Shown here one piece after another: positions 1 through 7,619 of a stretch of 64,000 bases of DNA. Both the position numbers and the translations under genes were made by a program. Each line of letters starts with the position of its first letter. The first letter of the stretch is position 1. The DNA is from Patescibacteria group bacterium (GTDB lineage: Bacteria; Patescibacteriota; Patescibacteriia; UM-FILTER-42-10), in assembly GCA_041664365.1 (NCBI GenBank), contig JBAYKW010000005.1, forward strand, positions 29,204 to 93,203, in the 5' to 3' direction. The notes under the pieces were generated by a model. The model made no database searches, was not told where the DNA came from, and worked only from the letters and a program-made list of their open reading frames with translations.

Positions 1-716
1 TCAGACGAAGAATATGCCATTACTTTATTAAAATCCGGATTTGTTTCCAAAAATACCAAAGCGGTCATCATTTTTGTCAGACTGGCAATCCACCATTGTT
101 TATCCGAATTTAATTCATATAGCACTGCGCCGGTGCGTTCATCAATAGCAATCGCCGTTTCCGCCTGGATACTTGGATTGCCTGCTCCGGTAATTTTTAC
201 CGGTCCGTCCAGAACGCCGGTGGTTTCAAATACGGCGACAATCGACCAGGGAAAATGAATCGCCGCTTTAGCAATGTTGTTTGCGTAATCAATCGTGGTT
301 GGTATCGGCCGCCATTCATTCGTAATTCTGTCCCAAAAATGAATTCTCTTTTTATAAACATTCTCTGATTCAAATTTTAGGGAGATAAATACCGGCTTAT
401 CAAGTACAGTCGGATTTTGAACACGGATATCATAGACATATACCGGACTGATCAATTCTTTGGTTGACGGGATTTCGTAGTTTAAATAGTCAGATTCTTT
501 TATTTTCACCCAGGCACCCTCTGTGAATATTCCTCCGCGGATTCCGACCATAAAGTCATAATGCTTGCTCGGAACAGTGTATCCTTTTGCCATAGTGTCT
601 TGATTCAGATAGCGTGCCCGGTTTAATGTCTCTACCGCATCGGCTGGGTGTGAAAATGACAGAAATAATATTCCTGTTGCTATTATGGTTAAGCCTTTGT
701 AATTTTTGTTTTTCAT
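1..716 (-). CDS. D-alanyl-D-alanine carboxypeptidase (PBP5/peptidase S11-like), 3'-truncated at the window edge, with a roughly 180-aa N-terminal extension domain
   Basis: My own translation of the minus strand from the ATG at 716-714. It gives a signal-peptide-like N-terminus (MKNKNYKGLTIIATGILFL...) and, near the window edge, ...AIAIDERTGAVLYELNSDKQWWIASLTKMMTAL. The SLTKMM stretch is the classic SxxK active-site motif of DacA-type carboxypeptidases. The reading frame runs off position 1. Confidence 0.6.
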   Translation of the reverse strand, partial: MKNKNYKGLTIIATGILFLSFSHPADAVETLNRARYLNQDTMAKGYTVPSKHYDFMVGIRGGIFTEGAWVKIKESDYLNYEIPSTKELISPVYVYDIRVQNPTVLDKPVFISLKFESENVYKKRIHFWDRITNEWRPIPTTIDYANNIAKAAIHFPWSIVAVFETTGVLDGPVKITGAGNPSIQAETAIAIDERTGAVLYELNSDKQWWIASLTKMMTALVFLETNPDFNKVMAYSSS

Positions 717-721
717 AGTCT

Positions 722-1210
722 TTAAAATAATTGCCAAAAAAATAATCCGATCATTAACAGTCCGATAATGAATTTGATCAAAGTTCCGCTTAGAAAGCCA
801 ATAAATGTTCCCAAACCCGCCTTCAGCGCTTTGCGGTGATCTTTTCCGCTGATCAGTTCGCCGATTGTTGCTCCGATCATCGGACCAATAATCAAGCCGA
901 CCAGTCCGCCGGTAATGATTCCGATCATCATCCCAAAGATTGATCCGGCGATACCCCACCTTCCCGCTCCGAATTTCTTTGCTCCGTAAATATTCGCCAG
1001 ATAGTCAATAACGAAAGAAAAAATCATCAATAAGGTAAATATGGTCATTACCAGCCAGCCGACTTCCCGGAAATCGGTAAGGAAAGCGTAGATTAATGCG
1101 CCCAGCCAGATTAAAGGAATGCCGGGAAGCAGCGGAAAAACAATTCCAACCAAACCTACCGTAAAAAACAGTATTGCAATCCCTAGAAAAATTATTACTT
1201 CCCAGCCCAT
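722..1210 (-). CDS. Small polytopic membrane protein (DUF456-like, Gly-rich transmembrane helices)
   Basis: 162-aa ORF. Entirely hydrophobic with GxxxG-rich helices (GIAGSIFGMMIGIITGGLVGLIIGPMIGATIG). Confidence 0.45.
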   Translation of the reverse strand: MGWEVIIFLGIAILFFTVGLVGIVFPLLPGIPLIWLGALIYAFLTDFREVGWLVMTIFTLLMIFSFVIDYLANIYGAKKFGAGRWGIAGSIFGMMIGIITGGLVGLIIGPMIGATIGELISGKDHRKALKAGLGTFIGFLSGTLIKFIIGLLMIGLFFWQLF

Positions 1211-1279
1211 ATATTTGTATTATTTATTTAATATTATTATATCAAACAAAGCTGAAATAAGCACTTTTCTTAATATGTC

Positions 1280-1308
1280 TTGACGTTCGGTTTTTGTTCG
1301 GGTATACT
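1280..1308 (+). promoter_or_regulatory. Sigma70-like promoter of lexA (TTGACG, 17-nt spacer, TATACT)
   Basis: TTGACG at 1280-1285, a 17-nt spacer, and TATACT at 1303-1308, about 100 nt upstream of the lexA ATG. Confidence 0.5.
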
Positions 1309-1326
1309 GTTTATACTAGTACAACT
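1309..1326 (+). promoter_or_regulatory. Candidate LexA operator, imperfect palindrome TTATACTAGTACAA
   Basis: The perfect 8-bp palindrome TACTAGTA at 1314-1321 extends to a 12/14 palindrome TT(A)TACTAGTA(C)AA. It lies immediately downstream of, or overlapping, the lexA -10 box. Confidence 0.3.
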
Positions 1327-1410
1327 ACCTGTGGATAACTCTCTCTCCTATCCAATCCCATATTTATCTAAACCCTATACCCTAATCCCTTAATCCTAAC
1401 CCCTAAATCT

Positions 1411-2016
1411 ATGAACGAAAACATCACTAAAAAGCAAAAAGAAATCCTGGACTATATCACGGAATTCATTTCCGTAAACGGCTACTCCCCCAGTTATCGG
1501 GAAATGGCGGATTATTTCGGCTTGTCATCCCCCGCCACTATTTTTGAACATATCAAAGGATTGGAGGACAAAGGATTTATTAAAGCGGAAGAGAGAAAAG
1601 CCCGGTCCATTAAAATATTCAAGGAGAAAAAGAAAGAGATGCCCGCACTCGAACTGCCATTAGTAGGATTAATCACCGCCGGTGAACCGATCGAAGCGAT
1701 TGAAGAAAGAGAAACAATTTCCATACCGGTCGGGTTGGTTGACAGCATTAATTCCTTCGTACTGAAAGTCAAAGGCGAATCCATGATCGGCGAAGGAATA
1801 TTTGACGGAGATTACGTGGTCTGCGAAAGAAACTACTATCCGAAGAACGGCGACGTGGTTGTAGCGCTTTTAAATAATGAATACGCAACTCTCAAAAAAT
1901 ATTTCCGGGAAAAAACCAGAATCCGCCTGCAACCGGCCAATCCCAATATGAAACCGATCTTTTCCAAGAACCCGGTAATTCAGGGGATCGTCAAAGCCAT
2001 CTTCAGAAAATATTAA
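1411..2016 (+). CDS. lexA: LexA repressor (SOS regulator, S24 self-cleaving peptidase)
   Basis: N-terminal winged-helix region (EILDYITEFISVNGYSPSYREMADYFG). Ala-Gly cleavage region (LITAGEP). Catalytic Ser in VKGESM and Lys in ATLKKY. Length 201 aa. Confidence 0.9.
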   Translation: MNENITKKQKEILDYITEFISVNGYSPSYREMADYFGLSSPATIFEHIKGLEDKGFIKAEERKARSIKIFKEKKKEMPALELPLVGLITAGEPIEAIEERETISIPVGLVDSINSFVLKVKGESMIGEGIFDGDYVVCERNYYPKNGDVVVALLNNEYATLKKYFREKTRIRLQPANPNMKPIFSKNPVIQGIVKAIFRKY

Positions 2017-2040
2017 AAATTTATAATTAAAAACAAAAAC

Positions 2041-2289
2041 ATGTTCAAAACAATCAATGAAACCATCAAAGTAACCAGCTCTTTCTTTCGGGACAGGGTA
2101 ATACCGGAAAAGTTTGAATGGAACGGACAGCAACATGTGATTGAAAATTCCAAACTGGTGCACGCCGCAAAAAAAGGCGAAGGGAAAATGTTTTTCTTTG
2201 ATGTGCAGGATGACCGGGATTTATATAAACTTTCTTTTGATACCAGAAGTCTGGAGTGGGAGTTGAACCAGGTTTTTATTCAAAAATAA
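2041..2289 (+). CDS. Hypothetical 82-aa protein, first of a tandem paralog pair between lexA and dinB
   Basis: Follows the lexA stop by 24 nt. Shares the pattern TINETI..F.W.....I....L.H..K.G....YF.V.DD..YKL.F....L.W.L with the next ORF. Confidence 0.55.
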   Translation: MFKTINETIKVTSSFFRDRVIPEKFEWNGQQHVIENSKLVHAAKKGEGKMFFFDVQDDRDLYKLSFDTRSLEWELNQVFIQK

Positions 2290-2292
2290 TTT

Positions 2293-2541
2293 ATGTACGA
2301 AACGATCAATGAAACAATTGAAGTTCTGGTTCGTTTTGGCAAGCAGACTATTGCCCCCGCTGTTTTCCGCTGGCGGAATAAAATATACAAGATCGAAAAA
2401 GTTAACCTAGCACACAGTGGTAAGGTGGGAGATGAAAAATGGTACTACTTCTCCGTTTCTGATGATGCCAATTATTATAAACTTGCCTTTAACAGCACAA
2501 CTTTGAAATGGTATTTGGATGAATTATATATAGAGGGCTAA
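2293..2541 (+). CDS. Hypothetical 82-aa protein, paralog of 2041..2289
   Basis: Starts 3 nt after the stop of the preceding ORF. Same length and clear sequence similarity (MYETINETIEV... versus MFKTINETIKV...; YYKLAFNSTTLKWYL versus LYKLSFDTRSLEWEL). Confidence 0.55.
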   Translation: MYETINETIEVLVRFGKQTIAPAVFRWRNKIYKIEKVNLAHSGKVGDEKWYYFSVSDDANYYKLAFNSTTLKWYLDELYIEG

Positions 2542-2550
2542 CATAAGTGT

Positions 2551-2617
2551 AGGTGACAATGCGCCCGTCTGCCAACGTCTGAAGCCGTAGGCTGATGACG
2601 GGCAGGCATTGTCGCCT
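2551..2617 (+). other. GC-rich imperfect inverted repeat (stem about 17 bp, loop about 27 nt) between the paralog pair and dinB
   Basis: AGGTGACAATGCGCCCGTC ... GACGGGCAGGCATTGTCGCCT, followed by a T-rich run. The loop contains GAAGCCGTAGG. Confidence 0.45.
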
Positions 2618-2631
2618 GTTAGTTTTAAAAA

Positions 2632-3849
2632 ATGGAAAAAATAATATTTCATATTGATATGGATTCGTATTTCGCCACCTGCGAACAACAAGCGAATCCT
2701 TTTTTGCGTGGCAAGCCGATCGCCGTTTCCGGCCATCCGGATTCGCGTACCGTAATTTCCGCCGCATCCAAGGAAGCCAAGAAACTGGGTGTAAAATCCG
2801 CTATGCCTATTTTTGAAGCCAGGCGCATTTGTCCAGACATCATTTTTGTCCCCGGGGATTTTGAAAAATATGTGCATATCACTAAAACTATCATCAGAAT
2901 ATTTCTTTCCTTTACCGACCAAGTGGAAGTAACCAGCATTGATGAGGCATTCATGGACGTTACTCCTATTGCCAAAAGATACGGCGGAGCAATCCACGTC
3001 GCCAACAAAATAAAAGCAGAATTAAAACAGCAAGTTGGTGACTGGATGACCTGCTCGATCGGTATCGCACCGAATAAGCTGATGGCTAAACTGGCTTCAG
3101 GATTGAGGAAGCCCGACGGCATCATGTTTGTACCACAAAAAGATATCCTTTCTGTTTTAAAAACTATTGAACTTACAGACTTGTGCGGGCTGGGCCGTCA
3201 GACAGAAAAGCATTTAAACAAAATTGGAATTAAAAATCTGGCTGAACTAAAGCAATATCCCTTAATCAAACTAATCAGGGAATTCGGCCAAACGGGCTTG
3301 CAACTACATAATATGAGCTGGGGCAGGGGTTCTGACTATGTCCCCTCTTATTATGAAAGTTACCAGGAGAAATCAATGGGGCATCAGATTACCCTACCGA
3401 AAAATACCCTAGATCTGGAATATTTGAATAACACACTTTTGAAGCTTTGTGAGAAAACCGGACGCAGAATGCGAGAAGCTAAACTATCCGGTCGGGTGGT
3501 CAGCGTGTTTATCAGATACAACAATTTTGAAGGCATCTCCCGACAAAAGGCGGTAAAGATTAATGTTGACGACGGGTATCAGATTTTTGAGCTAGCCAGA
3601 AATATTTTAAAATCATTTTCATTCAAATATCCCGTGCGCTTGATTGGGGTCAGTGTTGCCAAGCTTTCCTATTCTAATCAATACGCGCTTCCTTTCGCAG
3701 ACACAAAAAAGAAACAAGCAATCCTGCAGGCGATGGATGCCGTAAATAATAAGCATGGAGAATTTACTATTCAGCGCGCTTGCCTGTTAAAAGATCTCGG
3801 GTTAAAGAGAGATTTGCCGGCACACGGGCTGATGCGTAAATACCTATAG
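2632..3849 (+). CDS. dinB: DNA polymerase IV (Y-family translesion polymerase)
   Basis: N-terminus IFHIDMDSYFATCE matches the DinB/UmuC catalytic Asp motif. A polymerase-associated little-finger region follows. Length 405 aa. Confidence 0.9.
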   Translation: MEKIIFHIDMDSYFATCEQQANPFLRGKPIAVSGHPDSRTVISAASKEAKKLGVKSAMPIFEARRICPDIIFVPGDFEKYVHITKTIIRIFLSFTDQVEVTSIDEAFMDVTPIAKRYGGAIHVANKIKAELKQQVGDWMTCSIGIAPNKLMAKLASGLRKPDGIMFVPQKDILSVLKTIELTDLCGLGRQTEKHLNKIGIKNLAELKQYPLIKLIREFGQTGLQLHNMSWGRGSDYVPSYYESYQEKSMGHQITLPKNTLDLEYLNNTLLKLCEKTGRRMREAKLSGRVVSVFIRYNNFEGISRQKAVKINVDDGYQIFELARNILKSFSFKYPVRLIGVSVAKLSYSNQYALPFADTKKKQAILQAMDAVNNKHGEFTIQRACLLKDLGLKRDLPAHGLMRKYL

Positions 3850-3870
3850 GCGAGGATGCGCATCCTCGCC
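3849..3870 (+). terminator. Perfect 22-bp palindrome immediately after the dinB stop
   Basis: GGCGAGGATGCGCATCCTCGCC. No clear U-tract follows. Confidence 0.4.
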
Positions 3871-3881
3871 TATAGACGGGT

Positions 3882-3943
3882 TTGACCCCGTTAGAGTCAA
3901 AAACTCTAACGGGGTTGACAAATCCACTGTTTTATTATAAGCT
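3882..3943 (+). repeat. Hairpin-plus-promoter repeat element, copy 1 (TTGACCCCGTTAGAG-loop-CTCTAACGGGGTTGACA, 17-nt spacer, TAAGCT)
   Basis: A 13-bp perfect stem, ACCCCGTTAGAGT / ACTCTAACGGGGT. The TTGACA at the 3' end of the stem sits 17 nt from TAAGCT. Related copies occur at 7139-7200 and 45558-45596. Confidence 0.5.
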
Positions 3944-4017
3944 GTGGAGCTTATTTGTGTGTCAATTCGGACATACAAAAAGGCAGGACTGCGTGCAACA
4001 GAAGGAGAGGAACATTA

Positions 4018-4782
4018 ATGTCCGCAACCAGAAAACCCAGCGAGGTCTACGATGGGATTTCCGTCCAGAAGGCTGCCGACTTCTTCGTCGGCAACAAGAA
4101 CCGCTGGCGACTCTACATCGGCAACCCGCCGGTCCTGATCGAAGATCTGGATTGGGAGTGTATCTCCCCGTTCGGCTCCGTCCGCAACGTCGTCGTCGTG
4201 GACGAGAACGGCCTGCCGATCTTCGACCGTCCGGAATACCGCGAGGCGCCGAACGTCAACGTCGTGGTCTGGGGACGTGATCCCGACGGCACCGTCAAGC
4301 TCGCTGTGATCACACAGCCCCGCCCGCACGCGGATCACCCGTGGCTCAAACCCGGTACACCCTGCGATCCGGTCGTGTTCTGCCAGATCGTCATGGGCTT
4401 CACGAGGAAGCTGTTCGGCGAGGACATCTTCGAGCAGTATGAGTCCGCAAAGGATGCGGCCAAGCGGGAAACCGCCGAGGAATCCGGCGCCAAGGTGATC
4501 CGGAATATCGAAGCTCCCAGCGCTCCCTGGCACAACCCCAACCCGACATTCGTCGCGACGTGGAGCAACCTGCTCTTCATCGAGGTCGATCTCGAAGCGC
4601 TGGAGGCGATCAAATCCACGCGCAACGAGCCGATCTACAACGCTGAGTTCGTAGACGTACCTACGCTTCGTAAGCGCGTTGCGGACGGCGTGGGTTCCAA
4701 TGGAGAGTTTTACCGTATGTGTACGGCCAACTCTGCGTGGTTCATTTTCGAGTGCTGCCACCCCGAGCTGTTCAAAGCATAG
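4018..4782 (+). CDS. Nudix-family hydrolase (high-GC gene)
   Basis: Start ATG at 4018 preceded by GAAGGAGAGG. Nudix-box-like RETAEESGA inside GEDIFEQYESAKDAAKRETAEESGAKV. About 60% GC, in contrast to the flanking DNA. Confidence 0.55.
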   Translation: MSATRKPSEVYDGISVQKAADFFVGNKNRWRLYIGNPPVLIEDLDWECISPFGSVRNVVVVDENGLPIFDRPEYREAPNVNVVVWGRDPDGTVKLAVITQPRPHADHPWLKPGTPCDPVVFCQIVMGFTRKLFGEDIFEQYESAKDAAKRETAEESGAKVIRNIEAPSAPWHNPNPTFVATWSNLLFIEVDLEALEAIKSTRNEPIYNAEFVDVPTLRKRVADGVGSNGEFYRMCTANSAWFIFECCHPELFKA

Positions 4783-4836
4783 CGGAACCCTGTTCCGCCC
4801 ATCCCCTGGATTCACACCCCTCGGGATTTTTTTTAT
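4782..4836 (+). terminator. Tandem hairpins with a T8 tract after the Nudix gene
   Basis: GCGGAACcctGTTCCGC, then CCCCTCGGG followed by TTTTTTTT. Confidence 0.5.
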
Positions 4837-4971
4837 TTACAAATCGATGATATCATCGAGGGTATTGACTTTTTTTTAAATCTATTGTACGATTTTTGCT
4901 CCCGTTCTTTCCCTAAACCCTGCGACCATCGTTCAGCGACCCTGAGCACGGTCAACTCATGGAGGAATCTT

Positions 4972-5319
4972 ATGACCGTCCAGCTGTACCTCACTCACTG
5001 CTCGATCGCGCTCGTCGCGCTTGCGCTCACCACTCTGTTCCAGGTCGGGCTTCTGAAGTGGGCTCGACACAACTTCGACTTCTTCTTCATGGTGAAGAAG
5101 ACACACGTGCGCAACTTCCTGGTTCTCAGGGTCTTCCAGCTCATTCTGCTGGCTCTGATCGCATGGGCGGTCCGGTCATTTCTGATCAAGGATTTTCTGA
5201 GCTCTGCGCTTCGCCCGCAGGTCATCCTGATCCACATCGGCTTCTGGCTGGTGATTCCCTATCTCCTCTACTTCGCCAACTACCGGTGGGAATTCCGGAA
5301 CAAGAACTTCTGTCGCTGA
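4972..5319 (+). CDS. Hypothetical small membrane protein (high-GC gene)
   Basis: ATG at 4972 preceded by GGAGG. 115 aa with 3-4 hydrophobic helices. Confidence 0.4.
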   Translation: MTVQLYLTHCSIALVALALTTLFQVGLLKWARHNFDFFFMVKKTHVRNFLVLRVFQLILLALIAWAVRSFLIKDFLSSALRPQVILIHIGFWLVIPYLLYFANYRWEFRNKNFCR

Positions 5320-5543
5320 AGCGACAGTCGCTCCCCTCAAGTCCAACAACAAGTATTACTTCGTTCGCGGACTTTTTTTATTACACAGGTGTTGAATATT
5401 ATGTGCTAATTATTGACAAAACTAGTCTGTTTTTGTTAAGGTATGAGACTATTTCTTCGCACATTGACTTTAGCGACATGGCGGTTTTGAGGCCAATACC
5501 GCTGTGTCATCATGGCTATGTTCAGTAGGGTAAAGGAGACCCA

Positions 5544-7019
5544 ATGAAAAAGCCTGCGTTTCTCCAGTACAGGTTCGGGCCGACCTTCTGGTCTGCCAAC
5601 GTCATGGAACTACTCGAACGGATGGGATGGTATGCCCTGTTCTCCATCATCATCCTCTTCCTCACCAACAGCAAGAAGGAAGGGGCTCTTGGTCTGACGA
5701 ATGAACAGGCAGGTACGATTCTGGGTATCGTGCCGTTCTTCCTCTACCTCGTGCCACTAGTCATGGGCACGATCGGCGAGAAGATCGGATACAAGCGCAT
5801 GTTGCTGGCATCGTTCGCGGTACTGGCCACGGGATACTACCTGTGCAGTCTGGCGACCGGATTCTGGACGTTCTTCTGGTTCTTCATGCTCGTCGCCCTG
5901 GGCGCCGGCATGTTCAAGCCGATGATTTCGGCTACGATCGGTCAGACGACCAGTGACAGCAACGAGAAGCGATCCGTCGGCTACGGCATCTTCTATGCCG
6001 TGATCAACGTCGGCGGATTCCTCGGGCCGGTCATCGCCGGTACGTTCCGACCGAGGTGCGATACCTCGGGGAATGTGATCAGCGGCAACTGGGATACGCT
6101 GTTCTACATCAACACCTGCTACATGGTGGCGATGTTTCTCTTCACGCTGTTCTTCTTCAAGGAGCCAGCGCGCAAGGGAACGGATCCCCTCGGCAAAAAG
6201 CTCCGCGAGATGGTCACGGACCTCCGCGACCCGAAGCTGAGCATTCTGCTCCTGATCCTCGTCGGGTACTGGACGAACTACGTACAGTTCTTCAACACGA
6301 TGGCCCTCTGGATCACGGAGTGGGTGGATACCAGTGCATTGGCGTCGCTGCCCTTCATCCCGGATGCCTGGGTGTCGGCTGGCCAGCTCAAGCCGGAGTA
6401 CTTGATCAACCTTAACGGGCTGACCATCATCTTGCTAGCTGTCTGGCTGACGAACAAGACTTCACCCTTCCCGATCCTGAAGACCATGAACACGGCGATC
6501 CTCATCCTCTGCCTTGCGGTGGCTGGTCTCACGTTCACGACTCCATTGGTCACGGGCGCGCTGGCACTCTGGCTGCTCATGACTCTGATCATCGTGTTCT
6601 CCATGGCGGAGATTTGCGTGAATCCCAAGAGCAACGAGCTCATGGCGAAGATCGCGCCGCCCGCGAAAGTGGCCACGTACCAGGGGTACATGTTCCTGTC
6701 GGTCGCCGGAGGATTCTTACTAGGAGGCAAGCTCGTCGGCTTGTACGGCCACTTCGCCGGAAAGACGGAGATGTACCGTAATGAGCTAACGAGACTTGCA
6801 AGCAACGTGCCCGACATCAAGGACCTCAACATCACCCAGCTGGGCATCGAGCTCCAGAAGCTCAACGTGGACCTTACGCAGTTCGATCAGCAGCTCTGGA
6901 CGACTCACAAGCCCTATCTCTACTGGTTGATCTGCGCGGCGATCGGCGTCATCTCCGTTGTCCTACTCGCTATTTACCGTCGGGCCGTTCCGATGCTCGA
7001 GAAAACCAAACGTACCTGA
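5544..7019 (+). CDS. Proton-dependent oligopeptide transporter (POT/PTR2 family, MFS)
   Basis: ELLERMGWYAL matches the POT ExxERFxYYG motif. GIFYAVINVGGFLGP matches the second PTR2 signature. Twelve or more predicted TM helices. Preceded by AAAGGAGA. Confidence 0.75.
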   Translation: MKKPAFLQYRFGPTFWSANVMELLERMGWYALFSIIILFLTNSKKEGALGLTNEQAGTILGIVPFFLYLVPLVMGTIGEKIGYKRMLLASFAVLATGYYLCSLATGFWTFFWFFMLVALGAGMFKPMISATIGQTTSDSNEKRSVGYGIFYAVINVGGFLGPVIAGTFRPRCDTSGNVISGNWDTLFYINTCYMVAMFLFTLFFFKEPARKGTDPLGKKLREMVTDLRDPKLSILLLILVGYWTNYVQFFNTMALWITEWVDTSALASLPFIPDAWVSAGQLKPEYLINLNGLTIILLAVWLTNKTSPFPILKTMNTAILILCLAVAGLTFTTPLVTGALALWLLMTLIIVFSMAEICVNPKSNELMAKIAPPAKVATYQGYMFLSVAGGFLLGGKLVGLYGHFAGKTEMYRNELTRLASNVPDIKDLNITQLGIELQKLNVDLTQFDQQLWTTHKPYLYWLICAAIGVISVVLLAIYRRAVPMLEKTKRT

Positions 7020-7082
7020 TTTGAACGAAGGAAGCCAGTACAACTGGCACATGGTGTCGGCCTCACACCATACTCCTTCCAC

Positions 7083-7118
7083 CCTTACACAACCGCGGCA
7101 TGTGTAAGGGATTTTTTT
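7083..7118 (+). terminator. Rho-independent terminator after the POT transporter gene
   Basis: CCTTACACA-accgcggca-TGTGTAAGG followed by T7. Confidence 0.7.
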
Positions 7119-7138
7119 ATTCTGATTATTATATAGAA

Positions 7139-7200
7139 TTGACCCTGTTAGAGTCTTTGACTATAGCAGGATTGACAAAATTAATTAATTTCACTAAGCT
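7139..7200 (+). repeat. Hairpin-plus-promoter repeat element, degenerate copy 3
   Basis: TTGACCCTGTTAGAGTC...GATTGACAAAAT, then a 17-nt spacer, then TAAGCTTATTT. Same architecture and near-identical ends as copy 1. Confidence 0.4.
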
Positions 7201-7268
7201 TATTTACCGTCCGCAAAGTTCAGCGGATAATAAAGAAGCCCCTCTAACTGCGAAAGGATGGTCTGATC

Positions 7269-7619
7269 ATGCCTCTTTATATCACGCTGATCCTGCACAC
7301 AATCATCGGCGGGGTGACTCTAGTCACCCTGATCTACTGGAAGGCGGTACCCAGCCTCCTTAGCCTCTTCAGGGAGAACATCAACTTTTCGTGGCCAGGC
7401 TTCGGCATCTACGCTTCCCTTTTTCTGATAGAAAGAGCAGCGCAGGCAACCATCAACTACGCGACGCAGTTCGTACTGCACATCTGGATCGGACTGCCGT
7501 ACTTCCACCAGTTGCCCGCACCGTGGTGCTGGCTGATGCCGCTCTCGTTCTTTCTCACCCTGCCTCTTTACGGCTGGGTCAGATTCTACCGTTTCACATG
7601 GCATCCGCGCCCTACCTAA
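7269..7619 (+). CDS. Hypothetical small membrane protein
   Basis: 116 aa and hydrophobic. Followed by the CCCTGCAGGG-T7 bidirectional terminator at about 7635-7660. Confidence 0.4.
   Translation: MPLYITLILHTIIGGVTLVTLIYWKAVPSLLSLFRENINFSWPGFGIYASLFLIERAAQATINYATQFVLHIWIGLPYFHQLPAPWCWLMPLSFFLTLPLYGWVRFYRFTWHPRPT

Noticed and set aside
1300-1330. E. coli-type SOS box CTGT-N8-ACAG upstream of lexA
   Set aside because: CTGT is present at 1307-1310, but the partner half-site 8 nt away reads GTAC, not ACAG. The TACTAGTA-centred palindrome fits better.
4015-4815. 266-aa minus-strand ORF antisense to the high-GC Nudix gene. The same problem applies to long ORFs at 12361..14073 (plus), 12593..12985, 13518..13898, 14494..15060 and 15115..15735 inside GC-rich block 2.
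   Set aside because: GC-rich DNA keeps all six frames open. These frames lack start contexts, ribosome-binding sites and recognisable motifs. The sense-strand genes have GGAGG ribosome-binding sites, signal peptides and domain signatures.
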